Positions 42,488 through 54,667 of a stretch of 64,000 nt of DNA are shown piece after piece; positions within the stretch are counted from its first letter, which is position 1; the number at the start of each line of letters is the position of its first letter. Source of the DNA: Dimorphilus gyrociliatus. Its lineage: Eukaryota; Animalia; Annelida. Under the pieces are notes generated by a model, which was not told the origin of the DNA, ran no database searches, and was given only the letters and a program-made list of their open reading frames with translations. Made by a program: the position numbers and the translations under genes. The stretch lies in assembly GCA_904063045.1 (NCBI GenBank), contig CAJFCJ010000015.1, forward strand, positions 62,001-126,000, written 5' to 3'.

Positions 42488-43805
42488 TTATTGTAAGAAA
42501 TTTTTCTCCTTTAAAATTTCGAAACATTCATCGCATTCTTTATCGTTGTTATTACTAAATCCAAAGAGGAAGAGATTATTGAATCTTGTCCTTCCTATAC
42601 CTTTCAAAAAATCTTTATTCTGTTCCATATGCTTTCTATTTCTTAGTGATATTTCGCTCAACTCTGCAAAAAAATTCACTAATTTACCTAATTGTAAATG
42701 ATAAGAATTTCCATAGTTTCCTTCAAGGTGTCTTATAAATGTCGAAAGTAATCTATTATAGGCTGATGAAAGTTGTGGAATATCTTTCCTTGGTTCAAAC
42801 ATTTTTAATATAGATATCATAGCTAATTCTATTTTAGAAACGTCCATATTATTTCTATATACTTGTATATTATAGCTAATTTCTCGCATTCTTTCTCCAA
42901 TAGTTGAATCCATTAATTTATTTTGTAATACAATTTTTTTATCATTTAAATTAATACAAAATCCGATATCTTCCCATTGGAATACTTGATGTACTGAGAA
43001 AATTGTGTGAATAAGGGTAATATCTGAACAAATTAACTTGACAAATGTTCTATCATCAATATCTGATATACCGGGTAATGATTTTAAGAAAGGTATCCAT
43101 TGACGAAGTTTTATACTACTAATTTTACCTGCTAAATCGCACATTACCCTTCTATTATCTATTTCAATACCTAGAGCATTGTAAATTAATTCGTATTCAT
43201 CTTTTGGAAAAAAGCCTGTTTCGATAATTTCATTAATCTGTTGAATCATTTCATCTAAATTTTCTATTTCTTTTGACCATTTAACCTGAGAAATGGATTC
43301 TATAAAATTACCAAACTTCGTTAAAGAATCATCAGCATCAGAGAATTTAGGAAGATAAATCAATTGTTGTGGAGATAACTGCGATAATTTCTCCAATTCC
43401 ATTTTATTCTTAGAATGCATCTCTCTAGAATATCTTCCTATTTTGATTCTAGTTCTTGACATTCCTTCATCAATACATTTTTGATATCTACATAATTTAC
43501 AATTAAAAGCGAACTCCTTATTTGGTTGACATAATTTTTGACCGTCTATACAACTGTAAGTTAAATATTGAGTAGTACTCCTTCTGAAGAAGATCTTACA
43601 AGCTTCGCAAGTATTCAGCCCATAATGAAACCTAAAAGAATTATTCAATATTATCCTTCTAAATATCTTTGATCCCAATAAATAGGTATTTTAATATTAA
43701 CCCTGTGGCCTGTTTACAGCACACTTGACACGGGGGTAAGACCGTCTTCTTTTGATGTACCCGTCTACTCCTCTTCCCATTTACTTTCCTTTTTCGAGTA
43801 TTCAT
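42488..43805 (-). CDS. NR13: nuclear receptor, closest paralog of NR12. Exons 43805-43702 and 43631-42488
   Basis: MNTRKRK...KKTVLPPCQVCCKQATG|FHYGLNTCEACKIFFRRS; 70 nt intron. Confidence 0.9.
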
Positions 43806-43994
43806 TACGTAAACTAGCTAACTGTCAAAGATATTGTTATAATCCTTTAATTAATATTGAAAATGGTATCAGATTATATCAGCAGATATCGTGACTTCGT
43901 TTTAGATATCCTCTCTAAGATATAGCTCTTGTCGAAAAAGTTTATTTTCGTATTTATTTCAAATTAAATATTATAATATATTGTATTGATTTAT

Positions 43995-45377
43995 TTAATT
44001 AGAACAGAAAAGTTTAACATCATCATTTAATTCTTCAGTTAAGCCACAAAAAAGAATACGTAAGACAGGAATAGTCATTACTTGCTGAAAGTATTTCTTA
44101 TTCTTGCTCCTAGCGCGTCTTAAAATATTATTATAATCTGCATATCTTGCTTGAAGATTTACCAATTCTCTTAGTCTCTTATCATAATTATCACCATAGA
44201 TTGTTTTCAGACATCGTATAAATACTTGTACATAGTTTTTATGAACCTCTTTAAAGTGTGGAAACTTTTCGTTTGGAGAAAAACATGGTAAGACGGCTAT
44301 GAATAGTATTTCAAAGTAGTTTACATTTATACTTTTACCTCTTATTCTTAAATCATCTTTCAGTTGGACAAACTCATCTCCAAATAATAACTTTAGAGTA
44401 TCTCTATCTAGATTTACACTTGTCTCATTAAATTTTAAGTTTAAACCAGGATTTGACCATTCATAATTTGAGAAAATTCCTACTAAAAGTTTAAAATTGT
44501 CAATATTTTTTGATAGAATATGAATGAAATCCTTCCTATCTAACTCTATAAAGCCAGGTAAAGATTTTAAGAAAGTTAGATTATAGCGTACTATTACGTC
44601 AATAAACTTCCATTGTAGTCTTTTGTAAATTGATCTATTATCAATTTCAACACCTGTTATATTGTAGATATCTAGGAAATCTTCCAAGGGAACAAAAGTA
44701 TTTCTAACTGCTTTGTGTATTGATTCCATTACATTCGAAAAATCCTTTATTTCACTTGACCAATTAATGTTTGTCACTTTGTGGTGAAACACTGATATTC
44801 TTTGAAGAAGATCGTCTGCTGCGTAAAATGTTATCATTCTTGGAACTTCTACATCATTTTGTAAAGAAATCGTTTTCTCTTCTCCGTTAGTTTTCATTGG
44901 ATATCTTCCTATCCTTATACGAGCTCTGGACATACCTTCCCTTAAGCATTTCTCATATCTGCAATACCTACAAATGAAAGTGAAATTTCTAAAAGGACTA
45001 CATGCTCTTTTTCCTGTTCTGCATTGATAATTTTGGTACTTGGTATCGCTTCTCTTAAAGAATATTTTACAAGCTTCGCACGATAAAACTCCATAATGTA
45101 TACTGTAAAAAAGAAAATTCTATCTAAATAAACGAAAATAAAAGAAGATAAAAGTTAAGAGAATAAATCAAATACCCAGAAGCCGATCCATTACAAATTT
45201 TGCACAATGCTAAATGATATCTTGAAGAGGAGACCAATGTCCTACATTTCATTTTCTTTTCATTTTTATCTTCATAATTTCTATCGTCATCGCATGATAA
45301 CTCTAAAGTAATTTATTAAAGTTATTTATATCCAAAACACTTTTTTTATTTAATTAACCTGGTTTTACAATTTCCAT
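43995..45377 (-). CDS. NR14: nuclear receptor. Probable exons 45377-45359, 45302-45176 and 45102-43995
   Basis: MEIVKP|ELSCDDD...LALCKICNGSASG|IHYGVLSCEACKIFFKRS. The 19 nt first exon is inferred from a phase-consistent 56 nt GT-AG intron. Confidence 0.87.
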
Positions 45378-45817
45378 ATTCCTTTCTAGTTTTATTTTGT
45401 TCTCAAATTTAATTGTTTTCCACCATCTTTACAAGAAATATTTAGCATGTAGATGTCACTACAGTCAGCACTTATCTTTTTATCAAATTATCAAATTATG
45501 TCATATTTTCTCATTTGATACGCAGGTTCAATACTTAAATACAATTAAGTAGATAGTTTGGAACCTAGGCAATTATCTAAAATAAAAAAGAGAAGGGAGA
45601 TAAAACTGACAACCATTGGGAGCGACGATAAGCTTATAACTTTTTTTAAGTTTATCAGTTTTTTTTATTCTGAGTCAATAATAACAAAAAAAAAAGCAAA
45701 AAACCCAGATAATAGAATAATTGGTCAAATCTCTGAACCTAGAATAGAAAGAGAGGAGTCTAAAAATTCTGTATTTAAGGTCCAATATTTCCTTTAGGAT
45801 AAATTACAGTATATAGA

Positions 45818-47248
45818 TTAAGTAGAAATACGCAAGAGAGGTGATAGAAGGTTTATATGTTTTTCTATATCTGATGTGCATCCACCCCAAAGAATTCTTA
45901 GACATGGTGTATCAAATATATAATTCAAGTAACGCTGATTTTGTTTTCTCCACTGGTAACATGAATGTTTTAGTTCGTTTGAAAAAGCCAAAAAATTGAC
46001 TACTTCTCCCATTCTTATGTGATAATCGTCTCCGTATTTGCTTTGTAGGTATCTTGTAAAAGCTAGAAGTATTCTGTTAAATACTGATGGAAAATTTTCC
46101 CCTATGATCCCAGGGCTAACGAGATTTAGAGTAAATACTAAAATTGCTTCTTCATGCGTTAAATTAACCTCTTGCCATCGTCTACCGAACTTATCTTGTA
46201 TATTCATAATTTCTGACCCATTCAGACTTTTAAAGCTCTCGTTCTTTATCAACACTTTCTGCTTGTCCAACTTGATACCTAACCCGCCAGAACCCCAATT
46301 ATAAACTTCTGATGTGTACAAAATAAGATACATATCGTAAATATGATCAGATATATGCTTGAAAAACGTTAAATCATCTAATTCAAACATTCCAGGCAAG
46401 GACTTTACAAATGGTAACCAATGACGTAAGTTAGCTTCTTTAAGTAATCCATTATAATCTGAAAATTTCCTTCTGTCGTCCATTTCAACACCTGTAACTT
46501 GTCGGATATCTTCAAAGTCATCTTTCGGGAAGAAACCTTCATCTAATATTTTATTCATATCACAAACAATTTGATTAAAATTTTCGACTTTTTCTGACCA
46601 ATTAAAATCTTTCATACAAACTAACAAATTTGAACATTTCACGATTATATCGTCTGCATCAGAGAAGTTCAAGAGAACTGGGATATTTACAGAGAGATTT
46701 TGAGAATTTTTCGATAATTCTTTTAATTGGGTATGCTTTTCTCTGGAATATCTTCCTGTTTTTATCCTTGTTCTGGACATTCCGACATTAATACACTTCT
46801 GATATCTACACAGTTTACAAGCAAATGAGAAATTACTGCAGGGGTTACACATATTTCTTCCATTTTGACATTTGAAGTTTTGGTATTTGTTAATACCTCT
46901 ACGGTAGAATACTTTGCAGGCTTCGCACGTAGTAACCCCATAATGAAGTCTGCATGGAAAATAGAATGGAATGTGAACAAACGACAGATTATTGCAATCG
47001 TCAAAAATCAATTAACTTATTTTTTCGCTATATTACCCGGTAGCTGGAGCTTCACATATTAGACATTTTAAATTGGTTTTATATTTTCTCATTTTCTTCC
47101 TTCTCTTTTTCGGTGGAGATTCGCTGTAAGAATCATAAGATGAGTCATCATCTTCTTTATAGTCAGAAACTATTTCATTAGACAAGTCATCCTCTGATAC
47201 TCCATTACCCGGTGTACTGAGATGAAGTGAAGTCGAATCACAGCTCAT
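45818..47248 (-). CDS. NR15: nuclear receptor, most upstream unit. Exons 47248-47037 and 46949-45818
   Basis: KKRRKK (NLS-like)...CLICEAPATG|LHYGVTTCEACKVFYRRG; 87 nt intron. Confidence 0.92.
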
Positions 47249-48535
47249 CCTAATTATGGTAAATAATTAACAACTTCGAGTATTTGATAATCAAGCTCTC
47301 AAATAAAGATATAACCCACCTTGAGTGTTTATAACAATTAACTATAGATGTCACTCATAATATAACTATTTTCGTATAAAGAATAGTTTCCTATGATTTT
47401 AGTTTGAAATTTGGAAATCTTTTAATAATGTCTTTTATTGTTTGGATCAAGATTTTGAATTTTTCCATTAAACTAATATAAAGTGATACTTTTCTCTAAT
47501 CATAACATATTAAAGAAGAGCTAATTAATAAAACTTTGCAAAACAAAGATAAATAACGGAAAAAATATATGAATAAATGTTATATATAATTATATAGTTA
47601 TCTATCTTGTATGAAGGACGATTAGAATAATCATAAGTACTAAAATCAAATTAACTCTTTTGACAATCAAAACAATTTTTTATAGTTTGTAGACCTCTTT
47701 TATATGTATAATTCATTTTCAATAAATTAAGAAAAACAGAATACATGCCTAAACAGCATAGTGATACCAAAACAAAAAAAGTCAATCATTACTTCACTAA
47801 CATTATGCAGAATGTACAATTTCATCTATTTTTGAACTTAAAATGAACATCCTACAAGAACATAAAATTTTTTCAAATAGGATAAACTCACTACTTACTT
47901 CTAAAAAATAAAAAGAAGACCAGACAAATAAAAAGAAAACAATAATTTCTTTGACATGACGAACATCGTTCTTTTAAAAAAAATACCAAAAGCACCACAA
48001 AAAAAAAATGATATATCTTTTTAAGTGCATACATGACACATGTATACAATATTGAATTTAAGTATACAGATGCGTAATATGTACGTATATTCATTTTTTT
48101 TGGCAATTCGTTGTTTGATTCAGACTAAAAGTTGATAATAAAAAAAATAATCAAACAGAAAAAAACAAATAGGCTCGGAAAAAAAAACAATTTTTTTGAT
48201 ATATCAGACTTAAGAGTAAAAATATTCCCAAGTCTGATTTTGTAAAAGTAATGTGGATAAAATAGATCAAGATATTCATATTACCTTGTAAATTCTTTGT
48301 AATATGTTTTTCTTAGTGCTAAAATTATGATAATAATTTAAATGAAAAATTAGTAAAAGATTAATACATTGTGACGAATTTTTTGATTTCTTAATTCATG
48401 CCTTTATCTATTTTGTCCACATCAATACTCAATTGATAATACTCTGGTATAAAAGCTACGCTGATAACTAAATTTAGGGAAAAAGTTCGTTAAAACACAA
48501 ATTTAATCTTCAAATAGAGGTAATGAGATTCTAAT

Positions 48536-51500
48536 TTATTTTAAATCGATTTTCTCGTTTTTCTTATTCTCCTCTTCATCGTCATCTTTCTCATCGTCTG
48601 TCATTACATTTACTAGCGTTCCAACGGCCTTACCAACCTAAAAGCAGTTACTTATTAATGATTGCTAGTCCGAAAAGATCAGTGTAACGATGCAATGTTT
48701 TTCGTGCAATAAAACATTAATCTAGATTTATGCAAAGTACATACTTGATTAGCCATTTGTAATAGGCTACTTAAGCTGTCCTTCCTTTGTGTTATTATTG
48801 GGGGTGAGAATTGTGGTTCGTCCAATTCACCTTCTGTTTCGGAGCGTCCACTTAAACTTGATCGGTCAAGAGAAGAATCCCGATAACGTATTTCTGTGTA
48901 AAGGGAAAAAACATAGATATATTACAGAGTCAATTGATTAAGTGCTTTAAAGCGAAGACCTCTGGGATCAGTATAGGAATATCGACTGGAATTTAAAGTT
49001 CTCCTGCTGGGTGTATTTGGTAGAGAAGTTTGACTACAACTTGTTAAAAGTGAACTTCCTCCCGTTCTTAATCTTGGTAAACTTGTCGTTGAGTTTGTTG
49101 ATTGATTGGAAAACAATTGATGAAGCCTTTTCAACTGAGCCTCTAACTGAGTATTATGTTCTTCTAATATCTGCATTCTAGCTTCTAATCTCCCTTTATG
49201 CTGCCTAAGCAGCCTCGCCTCGGTCATTAAATCTGAGCTACCTTCACCTCCTGCATTACTGTGCCCCTCGTCCACCTGACAGTGATTTTCGACCTTTAAT
49301 GTAAAAAAAATAGCGGACAGACACTAAGTAAAATTTGGATGCTTTATTATTTCAATAATTTTTTTACCTGGGAGCACAAGGACTCATATTCCACTTGCAA
49401 ACGTTTATTTTCTTCTTCCAAATCTCGTATCATTTCTTCAAACTCTAATCTTTGCTCCGCCTCTACGCTTACCATCATTTGTAAAGGGCTGACTAATTGT
49501 TGCTGTTTCTTTCGATCAGTCGATCCGGTTGATTGCAGACTAGCACAATAGGCGGCAATCAATTTGTGCTCTTCGTCCATTTCATTTGGCTTTGAGTTTT
49601 CTGTTTTGTCGACGTCCTCCACTTGTGCTAACCTATTTTGTAAATATTCATATATACAATATATATATATATATATATATAATTCCAAGTATGCTATACG
49701 GTAAAAATAATAATAATTGTTCTATCAAGGGGAAACGATTCGCATGAATGCCTCAATTACTTATAATAAAAAAACTGAGATAGCCCGTTAAATCAACCTG
49801 CTTAATTCTATTTAACACTAATTTATGTGAAAACTCTATAAGTTTTCGTAGAATCAATTAGCCTTATTATTATAGAGAAATATCCTTCTAATGAAAAGCC
49901 TCCTCCCTCATCCCCTTAACTTGCTTGTGTTTCTTTTTTTTTACTTTAGTTAATGGTCTTGCTAGCTATTTCTATGGTTATAGTAGCTTGTGTTAAAAGT
50001 TTAAACATAAGTTGTCTGACATGAATTTATATTTTTCTCAAGGGGACAACTTTTATGGTTACTCATACATCTAATATATTTTTTATCTTTTACCTATGAG
50101 CATAAACTTCCATTCGAGAATGCATATGAGTTGTGGGAGAGGCCGGACCGACCTCGATATTACCACTAGTTGATGGTTGAACTTCAAATGTAGTAGTAGA
50201 CCAGTGACGCGGCGTTGGTGCCGGGCTGTAAACACGATAAAAAAATTTTCTCTGCTATAAATATAAAATATAAATTTATATATAATTGAATTTGATAAAT
50301 GAATATGTCGGGTCCCTAATAACAATATTTATTATTTATCATAGCTTTTCTTTGTCACTATTTTCTTTAAACTAATGACTCAGTTTAACAGAAAGAACAA
50401 ACACCTATTTCATTTTCCAGTTATTAGAGTCCAAAGTTGACGTTAGCTTGGAAGTAAACGAAATCAATTAATAATTAAGAAATCATTAGGGAAAGTAAAC
50501 GTTCGTTTAAAATTTCGCCTTTAGCCATTAAACTAGTTTATTCGTGCTTCGCCTTCTACAATATTTACGCCCTAGCCTGAGGATTTTTGTATTTCTTTTT
50601 ATCTACCTTTTTTATTCAGATTAGGCTCATTTACAGAAACTTATAAATTGATATGAAAGTAGAAGAAATGCCCTTTTAACCTTTCAATTTGATCTCCTTC
50701 CTTTACAGTCTGAACGGGCAAATATCCCAATCGAGGATGTTTCTTGAAGTATCTCTTAGAACGCAATTTGTTTTTACACATTTGGGTAAAGTCTTTCATG
50801 TCTTCTCCTGACGTTGTCTAATTAATTTGTTAGTAGATAAATTATTAATTAAATATAACAGTGTAATTAGGAAAATAAAACAGTACCGTTGTACAATATT
50901 CATTCATAGGATGAGATAATTTATGATGTTTAGCAGTTCGCCCGGCAAAGAAACAGTTTTGACACATGTCGAAATTAAAGCACCTTAAACAACGATATCT
51001 AAAAATTCACCAAAAAAAATTTTATTAAGAGAGCGTAAAATTATAAATTGACTGTTTCTCCTTACCGAAATCCAATTATTGGATACTGTTTGCAAATGCT
51101 ACATTTAGCTTGATGTCTTGCCGATTCGGCGGCAGAGAGTCTATGTAACACTGGAAGCCAGACCAACGATTGTGGTTCCATTTTCAACCATTCCAAAAAT
51201 TCATTAATAGTAACATGGTGACGACCGTTCTGTAATTTTTTGAAACAAGAACGAACGGATGGCTCAATATTGCTTCCACCAAATGCTGCTAACTCTCCCA
51301 ACGCTCGCGGGATTTGCTATTAAGAAAAACAAGAGGGGTTACTATGATGTTAAATTGCATTAAATTTGACTTTAGTTGATGATAGATCTAAAGAATTTTA
51401 TTCGATTATTAGCCCTTAGGTTATTCATTGAATTTTAAACAACCTTTGATTTTTTTTTATCACTTAAGGACTATTATTAGGGCAGATTTAGTGCAGTTCC

Positions 51501-54500
51501 AATTCGTCAATAATTTAGTGAGAACCATTGAAATTTGTGGTCACATATAGAAATTCAATAATGCATAAGGATTTTACGTATTAATACTCAAACCAGATAT
51601 TCGTTTCAAAATCATAAAAGAAATATTTGATTGTGACTCTCAAAACAAAAGAGGCTGATGAATAATTCGTTTTTGATGGTTTTGGAAAGCGTTACTCTGC
51701 TACAATTTGTTTTCTATACGATTGCATAATAACAAATACATACAAAAAAATGTCTATTATTTCAAACAAGAAGAGTATTTCCAGCTAAAAATAACGCCAA
51801 AGTTAATGTTTATGTCGATTGAAAAAACAATTCGCATTAATTTGAGAGTCTTCAAAAATAAACAATTTATTAAAAAAAAAAAGCTTATTTTGGTTTTAGC
51901 TGATGCCCTAATCGCTTTTGAAAAAGTAAATTTCTAGATAAATTTCCGACACTTTAATTACGATAAAATACGCTGACTAAGCTGTTTATTACGCCTACAC
52001 CAAAATATATGTTGGAGGATTATTCGGTGCAAAGTTTTTTTTTTCGCAACTCGAGCTGCTCTTAAGCCACTTTCAACAATCGGAAAATTACATATTTATT
52101 CTGAACAAACAGACTGATTTGAAATTCATTTATTTTACGCTGTTTAACGAGTCAAAGAGTAGTCGAATAATCTTCTCTGTTAACTCTTTTGAAAGAACTA
52201 AAGAGGAAAACAAAGGAGATTGAAGCTATTAAATTATGTAAATTTTTTTCCAACTCTGGTGGCTTTGATTAGCGTGATATTTGTCTGGCTTCATTCAAAA
52301 AAAAGAAAATAAGGGGCGAAAGTAAATAAGAAAAAAAACAACACATGGCTACTTTTAACCAGATATCGGCAAAAGTCAGCAATCCATTATATAAGAACGT
52401 TTTTTGAAGGAAAATATAAAAAATATATAGAAAAATTTATAGGAATTTGTTTACCTGACAATCATGTAGAAGGAGGGCAAAATGCCGTTCGTCCACCCTC
52501 CCTGAAGAATCGGCTACTAGACGAAATATATATCGGTATTTCTCTTCTAAATGAGCTTTACACATGAGCACCAGCAAAACTTTAAAAGACAACGTTCGAA
52601 CTTGCCCACTCCTCGATCTAGATAATAAAAGAGCGAGACGCTTTCTTATTGTAAATCAAGATAAAGCGATAAAAGTCAATTGTATCTTTTCTTACGGATC
52701 GTAAACGTTTAATATCCAATTCAGCACTAATTCAACGCAAAGTGAAACGTTTATCAGTTTTGGATGATCATCGTGTAGTAGATCGAAAAACGCTTGAATA
52801 ACTTTCGTCATCTTTTCGATATCTAGAACATCTTCACAAAATCCTAATCCATTCTCCTCGAAAGCGGAAACGAGGCTGGCTATATCGACTAGGTACATAC
52901 ATAAATGTTTCTGAATAGCCCGTACTTTCATGGCAAGACGATAAGCGGAAAATCGAACATCGTTCAGTTTGCCTGGTAAATTGAAAAAGAGGAGAAAATT
53001 AAAAATTTTTGTATACAAAAGAAACAGTTAAAAAAGATTAATGAGAAAAAAGCCTATTCTTTTTTTATATTTTCTGTTTTTTGTTCCAAAAAGCTATAAA
53101 GCGAAATGAAATAGAGGAAAATATCGAGATTTTCTCTTTTTTCATTTTATTATTCCGACAGAGGAAATGTATGCAAAACGATTAAAGTTGTTTAAAAATT
53201 GGCTTTACTTTGTAAAATAGTTTGAATATATTAAAGCTATTTGAAATCGGAATAACCCTTTGAAGACAACTAGTTTATGGTCTAGGGACGGCACCGCAAA
53301 AGATTCGTTTATACATCAAAAAGAGCGGTACTCTCCTTAAAAAAATTTGTTTAATTTACACACTAAACGTAAAATCAAAGGGCATCGTTGCATCACTGAC
53401 GCAACAACATAAACTTCCAAGTAAGAATGAAGCGTAATTTGTTCCTTGTAATATACAGAATAAACTGATCTTAGAGATTACATAGATCTTATCATAAAAT
53501 TTTCATCATTCTATTTTGTACAAGTATGCTTCGCAAATGTTTCGTACGAAATATAACACATGTTCGAAAACTAATCATATTTTTTTTATTATCCCCTTCC
53601 TTCTTCCTTACTTCCTTTTCTATTGTCTATAGTTATAAAAAAAACGCAAAGTAAAAATGTTCCATTCGAAAATCGAACGTTCAAAAAAGTTTTCTTTTCT
53701 TTGGGTGGAGCGAAAACAATAGGGAATATTTGTATGTTTTATAACAATTATTTATCATCACACTATTTGATAAAGACCAGCCTTTAAAAAAAACCTATTT
53801 TTTTCTACTAATTTTAGCTATTTAAAAGACAATTGCTTATACTTGTATACGTTACTAATTGAAAGAGACAATAAACTTATTAATAAACCCCTTAAAATGC
53901 TATAAATATTCGATTCCTTTTAACTTTTACATTTCTCTCAATGTTAATTAAACAAAAAAAATTACTATATATAGGACACTACTTATATATCACTATACAA
54001 TACTATAGAATAGAGAATATTCTTACGATAAAATTTCGCAAATTCGTCTTTTCGAGTTATTTAGATTTGGTAATTTCTTTTGCTTGAAGCAAAGTTTGTA
54101 ATACAATAAATTTCATTAAACCGTATAGTCGGCTTGCTTAGTAAAAGGGAAATGTACACAAGCGGCGAGTGCTTATTACTTCACTTATTTTGTAAACGCA
54201 AACTCTTAATATCGTAGGGTAATTGTGTACGAGAGAGTTGTACACGAAAAGGGATACGTACATAAGGATTTCATTAATTGACTCATCTGTGGGTGATCCC
54301 ATTGGGTACATTGTTCTCCATGGCTGATAGAAAGAAGAGATTGTATAGAAATTTGTTATTGAAAGTAATCAGATTATTTACTTGATATAATAAGGCACTT
54401 GATTTTCGGCCGTGGAACGAATCCATTCAGAATCTAGGCTGGCATCTGAAAAAAAGCACAAAAAGCTAATCCTGATAAGAATAGATAAGGGAGGATGCCA

Positions 54501-54566
54501 TTAAATATCTAGAGAAAGTAAAAAATTAAGAAAATTATACGTACCCTCAATCCCATCGATCCTCAT
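48536..54566 (-). CDS. Short dystrophin-family protein (WW, EF-hands, ZZ, coiled coils), ~683 aa, 13 exons: 54566-54545, 54445-54382, 54323-54262, 52972-52696, 52617-52455, 51316-51066, 50998-50887, 50817-50681, 50225-50094, 49632-49368, 49275-48960, 48893-48745, 48637-48536
   Basis: [16 protein letters not shown]...WDHPQM (WW), [77 protein letters not shown] (ZZ), [49 protein letters not shown]. All junctions are GT-AG and in phase. Confidence 0.9.
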
Positions 54567-54667
54567 TTTTATTGCATTATACGATTAATTCTCCGACGGT
54601 AAAACCGAACAAAACTCGTTTTATAACTGAGGATCATATAATTTGGCTTATGATGTAGATGTAAATA

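Larger units (their letters stand above)
35660..47376 (-). promoter_or_regulatory. Repeated bipartite upstream element TACGAARAT-N-GACAYCTR (coding strand). Full copies at 35660-35691, 36165-36197, 40379-40411, 42026-42057 and 47345-47376
   Basis: On the + strand, YAGRTGTC is followed 25-26 bp later (start to start) by YTTCGTA. Four copies lie 65-97 bp upstream of the NR9, NR11, NR12 and NR15 ATGs; one is a distal NR9 copy. Half-copies occur at 38503 (NR10), 45450 (NR14), 43946 (NR13) and 31309-31342 (NR7). Confidence 0.65.

Noticed and set aside
18285-47004. Alternative-frame and antisense ORFs over the receptor genes (e.g. 18285-18569, 19662-19874, 26381-26686, 29806-30096, 35153-35365, 46762-47004, 19208-19453, 25876-26151)
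   Set aside because: They are shadows of the NR exons, with no independent motifs or splice logic.
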